Shown piece after piece: positions 58,528 through 64,000 of a stretch of 64,000 nt of DNA. Position numbers and translations under genes: made by a program. This DNA comes from Obrimoposthia wandeli (lineage: Eukaryota). Position 1 is the stretch's first letter. Each line of letters begins with the position of its first letter. The notes under the pieces were generated by a model, which was not told the origin of the DNA, ran no database searches, and saw only the letters and a list, made by a program, of their open reading frames with translations. The stretch is from positions 1 through 64,000 of the forward strand of contig CDROCS010001688.1 in assembly GCA_977020255.1 (NCBI GenBank). Reading direction: 5' to 3'.

Positions 58528-60213
58528 TTATAGCGCAGTACGCTTGTATTTTAAGTATTCCGGCTTCCAGAAATTACTTTCGATTTTCTCAAGTAATTGC
58601 TTTTCAGTGCGTTGAGGCGCTTTATTTTGCTCAACCGCTTTTTTGGCCACAGCTAGAGCAATACGGTGAGAAACCTTCTGGATATCTTCTAAAGGAGGTA
58701 GCAAAGCACCATTGCCATTTTGAGCAAGTGGTGAACATTCGGCTAAAACACGGCTACTCTCCATCAGCATTTCATCCGTGACACGGGTCGCGCCGGATGC
58801 CAGAACACCAAGACCAATGCCCGGAAAAATATAACTGTTGTTACACTGGGCGATAGGATAGGTTTTGTCATTAAAAATAACAGGATCAAATGGGCTGCCT
58901 GTTGCGATCAGTGCATCACCTTCTGTCCAGCGAATAATGTCTGAAGGTGTTGCTTCAACACGGCTGGTAGGGTTTGATAGTGGAAGCACAATTGGGCGCT
59001 TACAGTGGGCATGCATTTCCATGATCACCTCTTGGCTGAACAGGCCGGGAACACCGGAAACACCGATCAGGACTGTTGGCTTGCCATTACTGACTACATC
59101 TAGCAGCGAAATGTTACCAGTTTCATTCCACTGACTGACGGTGGCAGTTTTCTGGGCTAACTTATGCTGGAAGTCTAGCAGGTTTTGCATGTTGTCGGTC
59201 AGTAGTCCCCAGCGGTCAACCATAAAGATACGCGCGCGCGCAGCACTGTCACTTAGCCCTTCGGCGATCATCTGCGCCACAATAGCCTCTGCAATCCCGC
59301 ATCCTGCAGAACCAGCACCAACAAAGGTAATACGTTGTTCGGAAAGCTCGGAACCGGCGGCCTTGCAGGCGGCAAGTAAGCTGCCTACGGTAACAGCGGC
59401 TGTTCCTTGAATATCATCATTGAAGCAGCACACTTTATCTTTATAACGGTTGAGTAGAGGCATGGCATTTTTCTGAGCAAAATCTTCGAACTGAATTAAT
59501 GCATTTGGCCAGCGGCTCTTTACTGCCTGAATAAACTCTTCTACAAAGTCATCATACTCTTGCCCGGTAATACGCGGGTGGCGCCATCCCATATACATAG
59601 GGTCTGATAAAAGTTGAGTATTATTGGTGCCAACATCCAATACGATTGGCAAGGTGTTGGCAGGATTGATGCCACCACAAGCGGTATATAGGGCCAGTTT
59701 GCCGATAGGAATACCCATGCCGCCAATGCCTTGGTCGCCCAGGCCAAGAATACGTTCGCCATCGGTAATAACGATAATTTTCACATCCTGACGAGCTGCG
59801 TTGTTTAAGATGTCAACGATGTTGCCTTTATCGGGATAGCCAAGGAACAGACCACGGCCACGACGATAAATATTGGAAAATTGTTCGCAAGCAGCACCCA
59901 CCGTCGGGGTATAAATGATTGGCATCATCTCTTCGATATGATTATCAATCAAACGATAGTAGAGAGTCTCGTTGGTGTCTTGAATATTGCGTAGGTAGAT
60001 ATGTTTATCCATATCATCATTGAAAGTTTGATATTGGCTGTATGCTCTTTCTTCCTGTTCGGTAATGGACTCGATTGCTGCTGGTAGCAGACCCATCAGG
60101 CTGAAGTTTTGTCTCTCTTCCGGCGAAAATGCACTGCCTTTGTTGAGTAGGGCATTTTCTAGCAGAGTAGGGCCTGCATAAGGGAGGTATAACGTTTTAT
60201 TATTTTCGTACAT
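58528..60213 (-). CDS. maeA: NAD-dependent malic enzyme
   Basis: [61 protein letters not shown]. Confidence 0.96.
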   Translation of the reverse strand: MYENNKTLYLPYAGPTLLENALLNKGSAFSPEERQNFSLMGLLPAAIESITEQEERAYSQYQTFNDDMDKHIYLRNIQDTNETLYYRLIDNHIEEMMPIIYTPTVGAACEQFSNIYRRGRGLFLGYPDKGNIVDILNNAARQDVKIIVITDGERILGLGDQGIGGMGIPIGKLALYTACGGINPANTLPIVLDVGTNNTQLLSDPMYMGWRHPRITGQEYDDFVEEFIQAVKSRWPNALIQFEDFAQKNAMPLLNRYKDKVCCFNDDIQGTAAVTVGSLLAACKAAGSELSEQRITFVGAGSAGCGIAEAIVAQMIAEGLSDSAARARIFMVDRWGLLTDNMQNLLDFQHKLAQKTATVSQWNETGNISLLDVVSNGKPTVLIGVSGVPGLFSQEVIMEMHAHCKRPIVLPLSNPTSRVEATPSDIIRWTEGDALIATGSPFDPVIFNDKTYPIAQCNNSYIFPGIGLGVLASGATRVTDEMLMESSRVLAECSPLAQNGNGALLPPLEDIQKVSHRIALAVAKKAVEQNKAPQRTEKQLLEKIESNFWKPEYLKYKRTAL

Positions 60214-60298
60214 TTAACAACTATCCTGTTGATCGTTAAAATAAGAGTTGCTTAAAGCAACTCTTATTTTGATATTCAATGAATAAATTAAAGCCTGA

Positions 60299-61487
60299 TT
60301 AGATTGTCTCTTCTACCAGATCTAACCCTTCTTCTGCTTCTTGTGTCTCGCCAGACATTTTGTCGATCAGCAGGGCAATCACGCCATCACCGGTCACATT
60401 ACAGGCGGTTCCAAAACTGTCTTGTGCTAGGTGAAGAACAATTTGCAGTGCAATCATTTCTTCGGTGAAGCCAAGCATTGAGCCAAGTAAGCCGACAGAA
60501 GCCATAACTGCACCACCTGGCGCACCTGGTGCCGCAACCATAGTGATACCTAACATGGCGATAAACGGTAGGGCTTCGAGCAGGCTTGGTACAGCACCTG
60601 CACCTGTCATAAGAATGACTGCTACAGCGACACTTGCGATACTGATCACTGAGCCTGACATATGGATGTTGGCACACAATGGCACGACAAAATTGGCAAT
60701 TGAATTTGATACGCCATTGCGTTTAGTTTGTTGCAAAGTGACCGGAACAGTCGCGGCAGAAGACATGGTACCAACAGCGGTAAAGTAGGCTGGCATCATG
60801 GTGCGAAGGAGCTTTAGTGGGGATTGCTGTATAGCAATACCTGTAGTGACGAACTGGAAGGTCAACCAAACCCAATGCATAGCGACGACAGCAATTAACA
60901 CTAGGCTAAAGGTTTGTAAGGTGGCAAACACCGTGCCTTTTACTGTCATATCAGCAAATACGCCAGCGATATAAAACGGCAGTGCAGGAATAATAACTTT
61001 ATTTAAGAACAACTCAATGATGTCACGGCCCTGATCGCTTAATTTTTTCAGGTGTTCCGACCCTGTACTTGAGATGCCTAGACCAAAAATGAAGGCAATG
61101 GTCAATGCCGTCATTATATTCATCATTGGTGGGATTTGAATTGCTAAAAATGGAGCGAGAGCGGTTTTAGCCTCAGGCAGTTGGCCAGCCCCCTCAAGTA
61201 AAATAGGGAATAGGTTACTGGATACCACGAACGCAAAAATACCAGCACATAACGTTGACATATAAGCAAGGCCAACTGTCTTACTCAATAATTTACCTGA
61301 GTTTTTTGGCAGGCTTGCTATACCGCTGGTGACATAAAAGAGAATTAATAAGGGGATGGTAAATTTAATTAACTGGCTAACTATATATTTTACAGTAACA
61401 AGACTTTGAATAAGCACATCTGGTGCAAACATACCCATCAGTATGCCTATTAATATTCCACACAATAATTTAACGATTAAGTTCATT
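60299..61487 (-). CDS. Dicarboxylate/amino acid:cation symporter (DAACS)
   Basis: TMSSAATVP, PLCANIHMSGS, APGAPGG, DSFGTACNVTGD; likely start MNLIVKLL near 61487 (coordinate approximate). Confidence 0.9.
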
Positions 61488-61872
61488 TTATTGACCTTTA
61501 ATTTATTAGGATACGAGTTTCTTATAATAATATGTTGACTTGTTTCTAATTTGGATCGAGAGGTTAATATTGAATCTGTTTTTATCACTCATTGCACTTG
61601 TTAATACAATGGTTGTGTTTTTCTTATAATGTTACAGATGGATATTATTATTATCTGTCATTCTTGGGAAATGCTGAAAAGAAAGGCTTGGTTATTAATA
61701 AGCATCAGACTAAATTTAAAGTATGCGATCTACTTAATAGACAAATGTTCATAACTAATTGATCCTTGCTGTTATCTGCTAATGACCTATATTTTCTGCA
61801 TAAGCGCGTGCTTTCATAGAGGGTAATATTGGGATTATGACTACTGTAGAATTTATAGTTTAAGGAAGATAA

Positions 61873-62772
61873 ATGAAAAATATAGAAACAAAATGGTTAC
61901 AAGATTTTCTTATTCTTGCTGAACTGCAAAATTTTTCCCATGCCGCTACTGTCCGCAATGTTACTCAACCAGCATTTAGCCGACGAATAAAATCGCTTGA
62001 AGCAGAATTAGGTTTAGTCTTGATTGATCGCAGCAAATCACCTATCGAACTAACGTTGTGCGGGAAGCAGTTTAAAACCACGGCGCAATCTATTATTCAT
62101 CAAATAGATGAAGAAGTTAGTCGTTTAGCTGGGTGCTCATTTCTTGGCAGACATACGGTGCGGTTAAGTGCTGCGCACTCTATTTCCATCAGTTTGCTGC
62201 CCAAGCTGCATTCAAGCCTGTTTAATCCTAGGCTGAATACCAGTTTATCTGTTGTGGCGAATGAAGTTGATGATGCCGTTGAATTGCTTATAGATGGTAA
62301 GTGTGATTTCTTATTCTCATTTTATGAAGACAGGCTGCAAGTTGCACCGTATAGATCTATATATCTTGGCCGTAGTTTTTTGTATTGCGTTTCCGCTGTG
62401 GATGAAAGTGGAAATGCGCTCTATGACCTAGCAAATAATGATGATGTCCCATGTCTGGATTATACTCCTGAAAGCTATATGGGAAGAGCACTTCATCGAG
62501 CCAATAGCAAACTTACTTCTAATACTGTCTGTTCGTCTTCAATGACTGATTTTATTAAGGCTTTAGTGTTGCAAGGTAAAGGGATTTGCTGGCTTCCTGA
62601 TTATGCAATAAAAGAAGAGCTAGCATCCGGCCAATTAAAAATATTAACGGAGAGAGAGCCCGTTCCATTAGATCTGTATGTTTATCGTTATTATTCTAAA
62701 CTACATTCATCATGTGAAGCGATGTGGAATGAGTTAAGTCAAGTGAGCCCGATAAAAGAGTTGAACGGTTGA
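61873..62772 (+). CDS. LysR family transcriptional regulator
   Basis: NFSHAATVRNVTQPAFSRRIKSLE, IDRSKSPIELT; divergent from the DAACS gene. Confidence 0.93.
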   Translation: MKNIETKWLQDFLILAELQNFSHAATVRNVTQPAFSRRIKSLEAELGLVLIDRSKSPIELTLCGKQFKTTAQSIIHQIDEEVSRLAGCSFLGRHTVRLSAAHSISISLLPKLHSSLFNPRLNTSLSVVANEVDDAVELLIDGKCDFLFSFYEDRLQVAPYRSIYLGRSFLYCVSAVDESGNALYDLANNDDVPCLDYTPESYMGRALHRANSKLTSNTVCSSSMTDFIKALVLQGKGICWLPDYAIKEELASGQLKILTEREPVPLDLYVYRYYSKLHSSCEAMWNELSQVSPIKELNG

Positions 62773-63001
62773 ACTTCGAGTATTAAATAATAGCCATGCT
62801 GTATGATTTATCCGCGCACAGCTCAAAGAATGTACCTGTACTGTTTATTAATAGTACGGGTGCATTCTTTGAACTCTAGTAAGCTCCTCAAAAACGGTAT
62901 GGCGCATATTACCGTTATCTATCCAGCACTAACGATACCGTCATATTTCGTATTCACTAATGCTTTCACGAGTAATTCAGATGCATTCGTATGCTTTTAG
63001 T

Positions 63002-63029
63002 ATCGATATGTAGTAAGGTATATATCGAT
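63002..63029 (+). promoter_or_regulatory. ModE-like binding site
   Basis: ATCGATATGTA-N6-TATATATCGAT upstream of modA, matching the ModE palindrome. Confidence 0.75.
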
Positions 63030-63053
63030 ATTAAAAACACTAAAGGATAGGGT

Positions 63054-63833
63054 ATGTGGGCAAGTAAAAAACTTAGCGTGTTAGTTGTTTCATTGGCAGC
63101 AGTCTTTTCTTCTATAACGCCTGTTCATGCTGCTGAAAAAGTAACAATTTTTGCAGCATCGTCATTAACCAATGCAATGAACGAAATAGCAGATTTATAT
63201 CAAGAAAAAACGGGCGTGAAAACGGCGATGTCTTTCGCATCATCTTCGACGTTAGCCCGCCAAATAGCGCAAGGCGCACCTGCAGATATTTACTTATCTG
63301 CTAATAATAAATGGATGGATTATGTGTTTGATCAAGGTGCGATGGAGGTTGATTCTCGATATCAGCTACTAACTAATTCATTAGTAATGGTTGCGCCTAA
63401 GTCTTATCCTGCTGATCATGTAGTAGTTAATGCGTCTTGGAATATAAAACAAGCCTTAGATGGAACTCGTTTAGCAACAGGGGATCCCGCACATGTTCCT
63501 GCTGGGCGCTATACGAAAGAGTCGTTAGAAAACCTTGGGTTATGGCAACAAGCTGAACCTCTGTTAGCAAGAGCGAATAATGTAAGAGGGGCACTTGTAT
63601 TGGTAGAGCGCGAAGAAGCGTTACTTGGCATGGTGTATAAGACAGATGCGTTAATCTCTACCAAAGTAAAAATTGTTGCTGATATTCCTGAATCATCGCA
63701 TGTACCTATTGAATACCCTGTTGCTATTGTTAAAGATAAGTCACGAAAAACAGTAAACGATTTTTATCAGTTTCTTCAGTCTAAACAGGCGATTGATGTG
63801 TTTACTGAGTATGGATTTGGTGTCAATAAGTAA
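63054..63833 (+). CDS. modA: Molybdate ABC transporter substrate-binding protein
   Basis: FAASSLT, ASSSTLARQI..GAPAD..SAN, DPAHVPAGRY, NVRGAL, YKTDA. Confidence 0.96.
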   Translation: MWASKKLSVLVVSLAAVFSSITPVHAAEKVTIFAASSLTNAMNEIADLYQEKTGVKTAMSFASSSTLARQIAQGAPADIYLSANNKWMDYVFDQGAMEVDSRYQLLTNSLVMVAPKSYPADHVVVNASWNIKQALDGTRLATGDPAHVPAGRYTKESLENLGLWQQAEPLLARANNVRGALVLVEREEALLGMVYKTDALISTKVKIVADIPESSHVPIEYPVAIVKDKSRKTVNDFYQFLQSKQAIDVFTEYGFGVNK

Positions 63834-63838
63834 TCGTT

Positions 63839-64000
63839 TATACCCAAGTTACCTCAAGATGCTCGTTTCAGCGAGAATTTGTTGTGCTCTAGGCAAGGCA
63901 CTTATTTATAGACCTAGTCGTTCTACGTTGAAAATAAGTAACACCGCATAGAGCCCAACAAAACTCGCCCTTCGGGAGTGATTCAGCGTATCTACTTCTG
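63839..64000 (+). repeat. ERIC/IRU-like miniature repeat (MITE), longer form, runs off the window end
   Basis: TATACCCAAGTTACCTCAAGATGCTCG start shared with 20705; internal long hairpin 63872-63967. Confidence 0.8.

Noticed and set aside
1-64000. CRISPR array, rRNA, intact IS or prophage; the many 60-140 aa ORFs overlapping larger genes
   Set aside because: No regularly spaced repeats, rRNA motifs, intact transposase or phage structural genes were seen. The nested short ORFs lack SDs and motifs and are treated as shadows.

Overview
This 64-kb window is bacterial, probably Vibrionaceae and most like Photobacterium. That assignment is inferred from gene content and an ERIC-like repeat family, not from a database search. 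Most of it is ordinary accessory-metabolism DNA: a TRAP transporter with a HAD-IIB hydrolase, a MATE exporter, comEA, cobU-cobC-cobQ, a polar amino-acid ABC transporter, aroG, msrPQ, a desaturase with a FabR-like box, an L,D-transpeptidase with lpp, a TetR/old yellow enzyme pair, a Ser-Thr-Tyr-Gly tRNA operon, a family II pyrophosphatase, malic enzyme with a DAACS symporter and LysR, and modA with a ModE-like box. No CRISPR array, prophage or intact IS was found. The features most worth following up are: (1) an undecaprenyl-phosphate-centred locus in which the DUF368 Und-P transporter sits back-to-back with gtrA, next to a two-component system, a GT2 and an ArnT-like transferase; (2) a roughly 25.7-36.5 kb accessory patch holding two decayed IS91-family relics (a tyrosine-recombinase pseudogene and a Y2-transposase motif fused into a chimeric ORF), cassette-like gene ends and an orphan protein; (3) two ERIC-like MITE copies, one with a hairpin precisely deleted at a CTCG microhomology; (4) two small proteins missed by the ORF track, plus candidate sRNA/peptide units at 54.4-55.3 kb; (5) a pyrophosphatase carrying a signal peptide. 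All family assignments come from motif recognition by eye.
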